NCBI GenBank assembly: GCA_018401235.1
Contig: JAGYLC010000001.1
Coordinates: 7,601 to 71,600, forward strand
DNA: 64,000 nucleotides
Origin: Kiritimatiellia bacterium
GTDB lineage: Bacteria > Verrucomicrobiota > Kiritimatiellia > SS1-B-03-39 > UBA6053
Direction of reading: 5' to 3'
Under the pieces are notes generated by a model that searched no databases, was not told the DNA's origin, and saw only the letters and a program-made list of their open reading frames with translations. Positions 51,216 through 60,948 of this stretch are shown here, one piece after another; position 1 is the stretch's first letter; the number at the start of each line of letters is the position of its first letter. Position numbers and translations under genes: made by a program.

Positions 51216-53312
51216 CGAGGGCCACCGCTCCGCTACTGTGAACAAGTAGTACGGTGGGCAGTCCCTCCATCAGCCCCCGGGTTCGCGCCATAAATTGGGC
51301 TTCTTCCCCCTTTGCGGGCGGCAAAAACCCCAGAAAAACCAGGGAGGCGTCTGCGGATTCACGGGGAAGGGCATGGTAAAACCGATCAGACACCACGACG
51401 GTGGGTTCCGCTGGAATGCGGGCATTGTGAATCAGCTGGGTCAGGGCTTTCATGGCGTCTGGGCTGTCAGAGGGATGGGCAACGCACTGCAACACTCGGA
51501 TGCGGCGGTGTCCCCAGGCGGGGGTTTGACTGATCAAGTGCGCAAGCAGAAGCATGAGTTGCCCGTGTTGACGTCCACGCCACCAGACATCGATTTGGCC
51601 TTCCGGCGGAGTGGCGTTGTTCAGGAAGGTGTCCGCGGATCGGACCAACAGCACGCTGCGTTGCAATTTGGAGATATTCCGTAATAAACTGCCGTAGGAC
51701 TCCACGTGTTCGGGCGTTTCGCTCCAGCCAAGGAGAACGGTATTGGGACGCACCGCGCCAATACCGTGACATTGAATCAACTGGAGGGCTCCCTCTGCGA
51801 AGGAGGTTCCCGAGACCACGGCGGGGAAGGCGGGGATGGCGTTTTCACGTATGAAGGTCAGCAGTTCTTCTTCTCCCCGCAGCAGAGGTCGCATGTCATC
51901 GGGTGTACGTTCCTTCACCTGTGCCAGTGCCAGCAGCCCCCGGTCGGTCAGCCAGAGGCCCATATGAGCCAGATGGAGGCGGTGGGCGGGGTTTCCCACG
52001 AACGCCAACACGGCGGGCCGCCAATTCTTGGGGTGAAAGCGCTCATCCTGCAAATAGAGCAGGGATTGTTTGGCGCGTTCAAAGGCGGCCCCGCTGTTGA
52101 CATCCCCCCAGCGAGTCTGCAGGTCCGCTTGTTGCAGTCGAATGAAAATCAGAGCCATCACCCCCAATGAGGCGAGAGCCCACAGGGGGTTTAGAATCAT
52201 CATAACTACCAGGCAGCCAATGGCCCCGGCGAGGGGAATGCTTTCATGGGCCAATTTAAAGCGTGGCCGGAAACTGGGGTTGCGACTGTGCATTTCGGCG
52301 AAACAGGCCCAGTTCAGGGTGCCGTAAGTGATCATAAAGAACATAGTGATCACCGGTGCCACCGCATTCAGGTCGCCGGCCAGTATGGCGACTTGCGCAA
52401 TTCCTCCTGTGAGCAGAATCGCGTAGCGGGGTTCTTGATTTTTACCTGCGCCCTTTCCGAAAAGATGGAGAAAAGGGAAAATTCGGTCGCGGGCGAGGGC
52501 TTGGAGCACCCGGGGGGCTCCCATGAGGCTTCCCAGGGCGGAACTGAGAGTGGCGGCGAAAATCCCGGCGGTCACCAGTAGTGGGAAGGCCGCGACCCCG
52601 TGCATCATCATGCTGTCGGTCCGCAGAGCGGAACGGGGAGCAATGCCGCCCAGAATCAGCACCAGACTCAGATAAACCGCACCCGTGACGCCGATTGCCC
52701 ACAGGGTGCCCTTGGGGATGGAGACTGCGGGATCTTTCAAATCCCCCGACATGTTGACTCCGGCCATGATTCCGGTGACGGCGGGAAAAAACAGGGCGAA
52801 CATTATCCGCACATCCACATTGGGGTCATACCCCGTCCCCAGATTATCGAAAAATTGGGAAGAGGTCCATTCCGGACCCGCGCCCAGGCCAAACGAAATC
52901 AGGGACAGGGCCAACACCGCCAGAATCCCGTATTGAAGCCGAATGGTCCATCCGGCGCCGATGCAGACACAGAGGATGACCAGCAGGTTGACGATGCTGG
53001 CAATCAGGCGGAAGGAGAGATCGACCCCCGGAAAGGTGGCGACGAACGCTTCCGTGAAGCCAATCACATACATGGCCACGGACACCGATTGGGCCAGGTA
53101 AAGGACCAACCCGATGGCACCCCCGGGCGCGACCCCCAGGGTGCGGCTGATCATAAAATAGGCCCCGCCGCCCCGGACCCGGGTGTTGGTGGCGATAGCG
53201 GACAGCGAAAAGGCGGTGAGAAAAGTGATGGCCTTGGCGGCCAGCACGATGAGCAGGGCATGAACGATTCCCGCCTGCCCCACGACTTCGCCGAAGCGCA
53301 GGAACATGATCA
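51208..53312 (-). pseudogene. Second CCC/SLC12-like permease, lacking its native N-terminus
   Basis: VIMFLRFG, GGGAYFMISRTLG, FFPAVTGIMAGVNMSGDLKDP, NWRP, IDVWW; homology to paralog 40934 starts abruptly at VIMFLR. Confidence 0.75.
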
Positions 53313-53443
53313 CCGCCACCCACGACCACAAAATGCTCAGCCAGTCCGACCGCGTCGTCCGCATCCGCGAAGGCGAAATCGAAGCCATCCAAAACCGCGA
53401 CGAACTTGAGATCGAAGAGGGCAGCGTCGATTTCACGCACTGA
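53306..53443 (+). pseudogene. C-terminal fragment of an ABC transporter ATPase (LolD/MacB-like)
   Basis: ITATHDHKMLSQSDRVVRIREGEI H-loop region. Confidence 0.65.
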
Positions 53444-53524
53444 CCCGTGTCAACACGGGCAGCGCCGCAGCAGAGAGGGCCGCGAACAAAAGAAGTTTGT
53501 TCGGAATTCGATCTTATGATGTGT

Positions 53525-53965
53525 TTATGAAATCACATCCCCCCCCCGCAAACCAAACAGCGGGGAGGCCAGGAGCAAATGTTTGTCATGCGAGTAGATA
53601 TCCTGAAACCCGTTTACAGAGGCACAGGCCAAATGCAGTGCGTCTGCTGCCCGAATGAAAACGTTTTCCGCTGCGTGACGCAAGGTGTCCCTCGTTCTCT
53701 GGCTCACTTCGTGACTGCAGGGAAGGAAAACCACGCCTCCACCCCGGATATCATGGTCCAGTTGGTCGACAACCGCGTTGGCGGTGTCACGAGACATGGC
53801 GCCTTCACGTCTTTTGCGCAGAAGAATACTGAAAAATTCCGCCTCCGCGTGCCAGGCGGATACCACCATGTCCACGTTCTGAACCAGTTGAAGAACCTCC
53901 ATACTGCCCGGTTCCTCCCAATAGAGTCGAAACAAATAATTGGTGTCAAAATAAAGCGTCTTCAC
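53525..53965 (-). CDS. PIN-domain (VapC) toxin
   Basis: LYFDTNY, EAEF, RAADALHLACA, YSHDKHL. Confidence 0.85.
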   Translation of the reverse strand: MKTLYFDTNYLFRLYWEEPGSMEVLQLVQNVDMVVSAWHAEAEFFSILLRKRREGAMSRDTANAVVDQLDHDIRGGGVVFLPCSHEVSQRTRDTLRHAAENVFIRAADALHLACASVNGFQDIYSHDKHLLLASPLFGLRGGDVIS

Positions 53966-54224
53966 GGGAACTCCGGTCTTCGGAAACGAGGGTTGTCGAG
54001 TCCGCGCCCCCTTTCAATTTACCTTTCTTTTTCAAGTGCGCAAAAGTGGGCTCGAGTTTCCGGCTGCTCCAATAGGGTGCCTGCGGCTCGCGAACCTGGT
54101 CGGCTTCCTCCAACTCGCGCATCAAGCCACGGGTGACAAGGTCTTTTAGGGACACGTTCGTCTCAACCGCCCGGATCTTCGCGGCTTTGTACATCTCATC
54201 GGGTAGTTCGATCGTTGTTCGCAT
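53946..54224 (-). CDS. VapB-like antitoxin
   Basis: MRTTIELPDEMYKAAK..SLKDLV; overlaps vapC. Confidence 0.75.
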   Translation of the reverse strand: MRTTIELPDEMYKAAKIRAVETNVSLKDLVTRGLMRELEEADQVREPQAPYWSSRKLEPTFAHLKKKGKLKGGADSTTLVSEDRSSREDALF

Positions 54225-54281
54225 AAACACACATTCGCACATCACCCAGATGATGTCAACCGTTTTTCAAAACCATTCCGT

Positions 54282-54420
54282 GGCAATGCCGGACGGAGCC
54301 GCAGCTCCACGCGGGCGGCACGGCGGGGAGGAGATCGATGAAGCCGCGGTGGTCCTGGACGAGGGTTTCGCTGATGGCGCGGGCGGCGCGGAAATGGCCG
54401 TCGATCTGGAAGGGTGGAAA
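54282..54420 (-). pseudogene. GH95 alpha-fucosidase C-terminal fragment
   Basis: [40 protein letters not shown], compared with the recalled GH95 pattern PFQIDGNFG..LLPALP..W..GSV. Confidence 0.6.
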
Positions 54421-54558
54421 GATCGTGATCTCCAGAATTTACATGTAGTATACTGAAAAAAATGTTTAATTTCGGCATTGGGTCGCTAGATTTTAACCTT
54501 CCAGTACGGCGCTGCCTGCAGTGCGTGCTGGTTTCACCCCTACAGGATCGTAAATATC

Positions 54559-54735
54559 ATGAATTTCAGCGGCTTTGACTTCGACAGCACCATGCTGCGC
54601 ATCGCCGCCATGAACATGATGCTGCACGGCATCGAGAACCCCGCCATCGACTACAAAGATTCCCTCTCCGAGCAATCCCAGGTGGCTCAGAACTACTCCG
54701 AACACTTTGATGTCATCCTCGCCAATCCACCGGTG
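54559..54735 (+). pseudogene. Type I R-M HsdM fragment
   Basis: [33 protein letters not shown], cut at the NPPF motif. Confidence 0.75.
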
Positions 54736-55354
54736 GTTTCGAATTGATAGTGCAACACACCCGCCCGGAACAGGGGCGGCAGGCGCGACTCGTCGTCGTG
54801 GGCGAATTTCTCCAGGTCGGACATCAACTCCGGCACCCCGTCGGGATGCGGCGGCACGAAACGCGCGTTGCCCGGATTCGACCCCCCAATCCAGTTTTGA
54901 CTCCGCCGAAAATCACCGGGAGTCTTGTGCTCCCCGCGCCCCCCCGCATCAATACGGCATGGGTCTCCCGCAACAGACGGGTGGAAAACAGAAGGTCATC
55001 CAGGCGTTGCCGCCCGGTTTTCAGCGCGGCGATGTAGTTCTGAACCTCCCGCCAGTCGTCCCGACGCTCGAACGCCACCTCTTCCTCGGGCAGGATGGCC
55101 TCTTCAATCTCTGTCCGGGTCCCCTCGATCCGGCTCGACTGGTTCGCCTCCTTGGTCACGTGCATCTCCACAAACAGATCCAGATTGGGCACAATGTCGG
55201 AAAAACTGTCCAGACGACCCAAATGCCGGTCCGCTCGGCTCATCGCCTCCACCAACCGAAGATCCTCGATGGACCAGGGCCGATAAATCCGTGAGGGTTC
55301 AAAACTCTTGTACCCTTCCCGTTTGACCCATTCTCCCGACGCATAGTTTTTCAT
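54736..55354 (-). pseudogene. Fic-family protein, frameshifted and truncated before the HPFxDGNGR motif
   Basis: EANQSSRIEGT, REVQNY, (frame shift) PGDFRRSQNWIGG, HYQFET then junction. Confidence 0.75.
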
Positions 55355-55371
55355 AATGACATCAAGGTAAC

Positions 55372-55445
55372 CTATCCCATTTTACGTAGCTTTTTGTAGA
55401 GATTGGAGGCGTCGATGAGCTGCACCTTGCCTTTCCGCGCCGAAA
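55372..55445 (-). pseudogene. Second HsdM fragment
   Basis: RKGKVQLIDASNLYKKLRK, typical of the HsdM C-terminal region. Confidence 0.5.
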
Positions 55446-55462
55446 CTTTTGGTTTATTTGAT

Positions 55463-55522
55463 GAACATCCATTTGGATTTGCGATGAACTTTTGTAAAAA
55501 TATTCCTCAAACTGAGGTCTGG
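55463..55522 (-). repeat. Dispersed bipartite element, copy C
   Basis: Reverse complement CCAGACCTCAGTTTGA-N20-CATCGCAAATCCAAATGGATGTTC. Confidence 0.75.
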
Positions 55523-55607
55523 TTCATAGGGTATCTCCTTTCAGAGGAACATGCGCGGAAATGATAAAGACCGATTTTCGGCCCTCCATCATTCTGCCTT
55601 GCCCGTT

Positions 55608-56186
55608 TCAGAGCCCCAGCATCTTGGGTAGTTCCAGCAGTACCCCCACCAAGCCTTTTCCGGCCAACAGATACAACAAGGTGCCGGGGAGCATGCCCAG
55701 GAATGTGCCGATGACGAAGGTGCGCAGGGGGATTCGGCTGATCCCCAGCATCCAGTTGATGGGGGGGAACAGGTAGAAAAGCAGTCGCATGATCAGGATC
55801 GTGCGCAGGGGATGCGTTTCCATGCGATGCTCATACCGCAGCAGGCGCGGAGGAATTCGTGGAGTCACCGTTTCCCGCACCCAGTAGCGGGCGACCCAAA
55901 ATCCCACCATCGACGCCCCCATTCCTCCCAGCATTCCCACCCCCAGCGCGATCGAGAAATGCCACACCGCTCCGGCCGGGACCAGGAAAAACACCGGTGG
56001 CACCCCAAAGCCGCCCAGCACGATCAACACCAATGTGTAGCCAATGATCATCGGCCAGCCCAGTCGCCGGATGTCGTCCAGATCCAGTTCCTCCAGATCA
56101 AAAACCCGGGCTAACCAAAACCCGACCCCGAGCGCGAGCACGACTCCGCCTATCGCCCAAAAGGGATGCGCGCGCCGCTTAGTCAT
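55608..56186 (-). CDS. TVP38/TMEM64 (VTT/DedA) membrane protein
   Basis: GVP..F, FWVARY, MRLL..FP..NW.LG, GTFLGMLPG. Confidence 0.75.
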   Translation of the reverse strand: MTKRRAHPFWAIGGVVLALGVGFWLARVFDLEELDLDDIRRLGWPMIIGYTLVLIVLGGFGVPPVFFLVPAGAVWHFSIALGVGMLGGMGASMVGFWVARYWVRETVTPRIPPRLLRYEHRMETHPLRTILIMRLLFYLFPPINWMLGISRIPLRTFVIGTFLGMLPGTLLYLLAGKGLVGVLLELPKMLGL

Positions 56187-56914
56187 TCCCGGCCTCCGCG
56201 GGACTGAAGGCCGCTTGAATACGAAATGTCCGAAGGTCACGGAAAATCTCCTCTCCCAAGCGCAATTCCAGATCGTAGGGGTGCAGCGAAATCCGGGTCA
56301 GCTCCGCTTTTTTGGCCCGCTGTTCATTCCAGCGGTTAAAGCCTTTCAAAAATGCCGCCCGCAAGGGGGTATCGGCCTCGTATCCCAATAGGGGCATGGC
56401 TTGAAAGCGATCCTCGCGAGTAAAATATACCCCCCGGAGGGTTTCCACGCTGTCAAAGGGCAGTGCGTGCATCTCCTCCCGACTCAGCGGACCCAACGCC
56501 CAGGCGGGGGGAACGTAATGTGTGGGCTGGCGGAGCCCCTGTTCGCCGAACCAGTCGTAACAGCGTCTCATCAAATCCACAATCTCCGGGTTACTCCGGG
56601 ACAAATGTTCGGCCACGTAGCGGGAAATCAGCAGACCATGCAGCTTGTGCTTCATGGTTTTTCGTCGTTCCACCCGGTGTACCCAACCGTGACCGGCCAG
56701 CGGATGGCCCATCGCCTGCGACAATGTGGAAAGAACACCGGCGGAGTTGGGCCAGTTGATCCCCGGACCACCCCAGCCCCGGAATCACCAACAGCATCAC
56801 CCGGGTCACTCCCGACTTTTCCAAACGGGAAAGCATCCCCCGCACCCGATCCAGCGTTTCAGGTGCCACATCGTGAATCGAAATGTGCGCCTGCGGCCGG
56901 TCAGTTGGGTGCAT
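56179..56914 (-). pseudogene. DUF2334/polysaccharide deacetylase-like protein, frameshifted near 56730
   Basis: ISIHDVAP, LLVIPG, then in a new frame LAGHGWVH, YVPPAW, RISLHPYD. Confidence 0.65.
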
Positions 56915-58037
56915 AGGTTCTCCGCACCCGTTCCAGCAACTCCAGCCACCCCTGCATGGTGTGCGCATTCATTCCCCGGGTCCGCTCCATCGCCACCCGG
57001 GCGATCTCCCGACGTTTGCCGTCCGTGAGCCGGCCCAGACGTTCGATAGCTTCTGCTACGCTTTCGCCGTCTTCGATCACGCATAGTCCGGGAGCCAGTT
57101 CCGCCCAGTGCAGGATCCCGCATTGGTTTGATACCAGCATCAAGCGCCCCCGCGCCATCGCCTCCAGCGCAATCGATCCAAAGGATTCGTACTCGGAGGG
57201 CAGCACCACCAGATCCGCCGCGTCGATTTCATCCAACAACGCCGTCCGCTCCAGCCATCCCGTGAGCACCAGATTGGGTAAACGCTCCGCATAGCCCTCC
57301 AACTCTCGCCGCAGAGGGCCATCGCCGGCGATCCGAAACGAGATGTCCGGCAGCGCCTCCGCCGCCCGTGCCAACTCGACCACCCGCTTCTCCTGGGCCA
57401 AACGACCCGCGAACAGCACCCGTTTCAAACCGCCCGCCGCCGGAATCACCGGTTTACGCAACAGCGGCATCGCAATGGTGGTTCCCATCACGGTCACGTC
57501 CGAGGCCCCCAACGCCATGGCCTCTTCCCGCATGACCTCCGTGTTCACCACCACCACGTCCGCCTGCCGGAACATCACCCGACTCGCCCGTTTGAGATAC
57601 CAGGAGGTCAGGTCTCCAAATTTGCCCTGCCAATATAACTGCACCAATTTGTTCAGCGAGGTGTGGTAGCCGAACACCAACGGGATCCCCTTGAAGCGGC
57701 ACAGCAATCGCGCCAGCAAGGCGAAAGGACCCAGAGTTGGGGCAATGATCACATCCGGACGCTCCTTTTTCACCTGCTTCAAAATCGGCAACAGGTTCGG
57801 AATATACATGTGCTGCGAGTGGTCGCCCGGCATCGGAATCCACACCCGACTCTTTTTAAAGATGCAATTCGCGCGCGCCGGAATCATTTCCACATGCTCC
57901 AGCTTTTCGGCCAAATGCTCCATCAAATCGTGATAGTAGGTTCCGACCCCGTTGCGATTCGGAATCGCGTCCGATAAAATCATCACCCGACAGGAACTCC
58001 GGGTGGCTGCGGTGTCTATGGATGCGGTTTCGGTCAT
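56901..58037 (-). CDS. Glycosyltransferase family 4
   Basis: RNGVGTY, GYHT, FAGRLAQEK, ESFGSIALEAMARG. Confidence 0.88.
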   Translation of the reverse strand: MTETASIDTAATRSSCRVMILSDAIPNRNGVGTYYHDLMEHLAEKLEHVEMIPARANCIFKKSRVWIPMPGDHSQHMYIPNLLPILKQVKKERPDVIIAPTLGPFALLARLLCRFKGIPLVFGYHTSLNKLVQLYWQGKFGDLTSWYLKRASRVMFRQADVVVVNTEVMREEAMALGASDVTVMGTTIAMPLLRKPVIPAAGGLKRVLFAGRLAQEKRVVELARAAEALPDISFRIAGDGPLRRELEGYAERLPNLVLTGWLERTALLDEIDAADLVVLPSEYESFGSIALEAMARGRLMLVSNQCGILHWAELAPGLCVIEDGESVAEAIERLGRLTDGKRREIARVAMERTRGMNAHTMQGWLELLERVRRTYAPN

Positions 58038-59212
58038 TGCGGGGTGGATAGGGTGGAAGCCAGGGTAGGACAGGACTTTAGAAGATCCTCCTCCTGAAGT
58101 CCATAGGTTTTCAGGTCATAGTGATGTGGACTCCGATGCGCGCGGGACTGTTCACCCACGTCCTGAATCAATTGAAGATACCCCTCGGAGAAGTGAAGGT
58201 CCAGTCGCACATTCAGCTCCTGAATCACTTCAGGCAGCCTCTCTTTGAGTTCGCGGTTTTCCACCACCAGTCCCCGGCCGGATTCCAGCCTTGGGACATG
58301 CGCGTGCAACACCTGATAATGCGCCTCCATGCATTGGCGCAGGCGATCCAGCATCGGATCTCCTTTTTGCTCGGCGTAAAATCCCTGCATCGCTTTCTCC
58401 GCCGTGCTCAACATGGAGGGCAGCGTTTGCAGCGGATCCCTCATGCAGACCACAAAACGGGCATCTGGAAAGAATTCCGGCAGCAGATCCATCCAGGAAC
58501 TGAAAGAGGCGTTTTTGCTCAACAGCGTCCGTTCGCCTCCGTCCACGAATAGCTGTTTTTGCAGACAGCGACGATAAAACGCCAGGGCACGCCGTCGATA
58601 CGCATCCTGCATTCCCGGCAGACCCGGCAAAGCCCGGTCAAACCCCGGCCAATTCGGAAACGCCAGCATCCACCCCGTGCAGGTCAACATGGAACCCAGA
58701 TAAAAGTAGTCCTCCTCCGCGTCCCGAATGGATCCCGGATGCGTCTGGTCAAAGGCCTGCAGACCTCGTTTCTCCACCCAGTCGACCCCCCGGGCCAGCA
58801 ACCGACCGGTGTTGCGGTCGAGTCGTATCAGACCCCGCAGCAGTTTTTTTTGCACAATCGACGGAGCCAGCATCACCTCCCAGGCGGCCGACACCACAAA
58901 GCGCTCCGAGTCCAGGGCCAGAGTTCGATGCAAATGCGTGGTTCCACTTCGCGGGGGACCCAACACAAACAACGGTGCTTTCACAGGCTGATGTCGATAG
59001 GAAGGAAAAAAACACTCGTCCAACGCCAGGCAAACCCAGTTCCACAGCGTCATCAACAGCAAGAGCGGACTCACCGCCAACAACCAGCCCCCCCTGGCCA
59101 GGGGTCGCTTCATTTTCCCCTTGAAAAGGGCCGCCCATTCGCACCAAAACAAATCGACACAATTCCTCATTGCAAAAAGAAAAGTGGTGAATCGTAAAGG
59201 CGTGGTTTGCAT
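58034..59212 (-). CDS. PAPS-dependent sulfotransferase (Stf3-like) with N-terminal TM segment
   Basis: LFVLGPPRSGTTHL 5'-PSB loop, LLSKN, FPDARFV..RDP...S 3'-PB motif. Confidence 0.85.
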   Translation of the reverse strand: MQTTPLRFTTFLFAMRNCVDLFWCEWAALFKGKMKRPLARGGWLLAVSPLLLLMTLWNWVCLALDECFFPSYRHQPVKAPLFVLGPPRSGTTHLHRTLALDSERFVVSAAWEVMLAPSIVQKKLLRGLIRLDRNTGRLLARGVDWVEKRGLQAFDQTHPGSIRDAEEDYFYLGSMLTCTGWMLAFPNWPGFDRALPGLPGMQDAYRRRALAFYRRCLQKQLFVDGGERTLLSKNASFSSWMDLLPEFFPDARFVVCMRDPLQTLPSMLSTAEKAMQGFYAEQKGDPMLDRLRQCMEAHYQVLHAHVPRLESGRGLVVENRELKERLPEVIQELNVRLDLHFSEGYLQLIQDVGEQSRAHRSPHHYDLKTYGLQEEDLLKSCPTLASTLSTPQ

Positions 59213-59336
59213 GCGGATCCCGAACTTAATCAAAAATCAGGTCCACTGCACGGGAAAAATGACATGTACCTCAGTTAAAAAAGTCTCAATAAGGCAGGGG
59301 AAGCTGTTCACGCCCCCCTGTTCGGATTTCCCACCC

Positions 59337-60857
59337 TCAGGCCCCGAACACCCTCGGCATGGGAACCGGTTCTTTGCCCATCTGTGCGTGACAGAGTTTT
59401 AAGAGCAGCTCTTGTTTGATTTCGGCATAGTCGGGATCCGCCCAGCGGTTGTGCAGTTCATCGGGGTCCGACTCCAGGTCCCACAACTCTCCGTATTCCT
59501 GTTCGTAATACACCGTGAGTTTGTAGCGCGCGTTGATGTAGGTATTCAAAAACACGGTGTCGGGTTCGTGCCGGTTTTCCACCAGCACATGGTCCCGGCA
59601 GCTCTCCACGTCTCCCCGGAACAGCGGGGTGAAATCTTCGCCGCCCATTCCCCTCGGCACCGGCAATCCGCAGGACGACAGGAAGGTGCGCGGCAGGTCC
59701 ACCAGGCTGATCAAGGCGTCGGTTCGTCTGCCTTGGGGTCCGCCGGGTATGCGGGCGATAAACGGGATCTTCAGCACATCCTCGTAGTGAAACGCCCCCT
59801 TGGTGCCGAGGCCGTGCTTTCCTAAAAAATGTCCATGATCCGTGGTGAACACCACCAGCGTGTTGTCCGCCAGCCCCAGGGTGTCCAATTGATCCAGAAT
59901 CTGTCCCACCGCGTGGTCCGTAAAACTCACCATTCCGTAATAGGTGGCGATTTTCCGGGTAAAGTCTTCGGTCTGACTGTAGGTGTGATTCACATAACCG
60001 TGAATGGCCTGTCCGGTCTGTCGATATGACGAAAAATCCGCTCCCGGCTGCTGCGTCAGTTGGTGCGCCGGCGGATTCAACTCGTGCTCACCGGGCTCCA
60101 CCCATTCCCGCAGCACGTCCTCGGGCGTATACATGCTCGCCCAGGGTTCCGGTACGCAATAGGGAGTGTGCGGATCCGGAAAACTGGCCCACAGGAAGAA
60201 CGATTCGTCCTCCTCCCGATGCGTCTGCAGTTTTTGATTCACCCGCTCCACCAACCAAGTGTTGTAATGCGCCTCTTCCGGAATCGGCCACACCCCGCCC
60301 TCCTGCTTTTTCAGATCGTAGGTCCCCGCCCCGGGAATAAACCAGTCCCGCCAGTTCGTGAAGCCCTTGTCCTCCAACCAGAATCGATAGTGAGGCCCCA
60401 CCCAGGCTTCCGCCGTATGATTCCGGGTCAACTCAAAGGTGTCGAATCCGTAAAAATCCCCCTCCCACTTGTCCCAGAAGTCCCGGTCGCCGAAATGATC
60501 CGGGGTTTCAACCGAAGGAAACTCCTCCGTGCTCCGCAGGGGCTGGAAATGCGCCTTTCCATACAGCGAGGTCCGGTATCCCCGCGCCTGAAACGCTTCG
60601 CCCACTGTCGGCACCTCCTCAGAGAGTTTCGTGCCCAGACTGTAACATCCATGCTGACTGGGATACAGCCCGGTAATCAGCGACGCCCGGGTGGGCGAAC
60701 AGGTCGGATTCGGACAGTAGGCCCGATCAAAGATCATCCCCTGCTCCGCCAGTCGGTCCAGATTGGGAGTGTGAATGCGGGGATTGTTGTATCCCATGCA
60801 TTTCCAGTGGTGTTCATCGGTGGTGATCAGCAGGACGTTGGGTCGGGAGTTTTTCAT
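59337..60857 (-). CDS. Formylglycine-dependent sulfatase
   Basis: PNVLLITTD, CSPTRASLITG, GKAH, TDHG. Confidence 0.92.
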   Translation of the reverse strand: MKNSRPNVLLITTDEHHWKCMGYNNPRIHTPNLDRLAEQGMIFDRAYCPNPTCSPTRASLITGLYPSQHGCYSLGTKLSEEVPTVGEAFQARGYRTSLYGKAHFQPLRSTEEFPSVETPDHFGDRDFWDKWEGDFYGFDTFELTRNHTAEAWVGPHYRFWLEDKGFTNWRDWFIPGAGTYDLKKQEGGVWPIPEEAHYNTWLVERVNQKLQTHREEDESFFLWASFPDPHTPYCVPEPWASMYTPEDVLREWVEPGEHELNPPAHQLTQQPGADFSSYRQTGQAIHGYVNHTYSQTEDFTRKIATYYGMVSFTDHAVGQILDQLDTLGLADNTLVVFTTDHGHFLGKHGLGTKGAFHYEDVLKIPFIARIPGGPQGRRTDALISLVDLPRTFLSSCGLPVPRGMGGEDFTPLFRGDVESCRDHVLVENRHEPDTVFLNTYINARYKLTVYYEQEYGELWDLESDPDELHNRWADPDYAEIKQELLLKLCHAQMGKEPVPMPRVFGA

Positions 60858-60948
60858 CGTCGCATCTTCTCACACTTCCTTCCCCGCGGTAAGTCGTATT
60901 TAAGCCAATTGTATTTGTTTTTGCGGCAAAAGCTGACAACATCCCCGC

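Noticed and set aside
46190-56740. Programmed frameshifting in tamB, fic or the deacetylase
   Set aside because: Shifts co-occur with deletions and junctions, and no stimulatory structure is evident; decay or sequencing error is simpler
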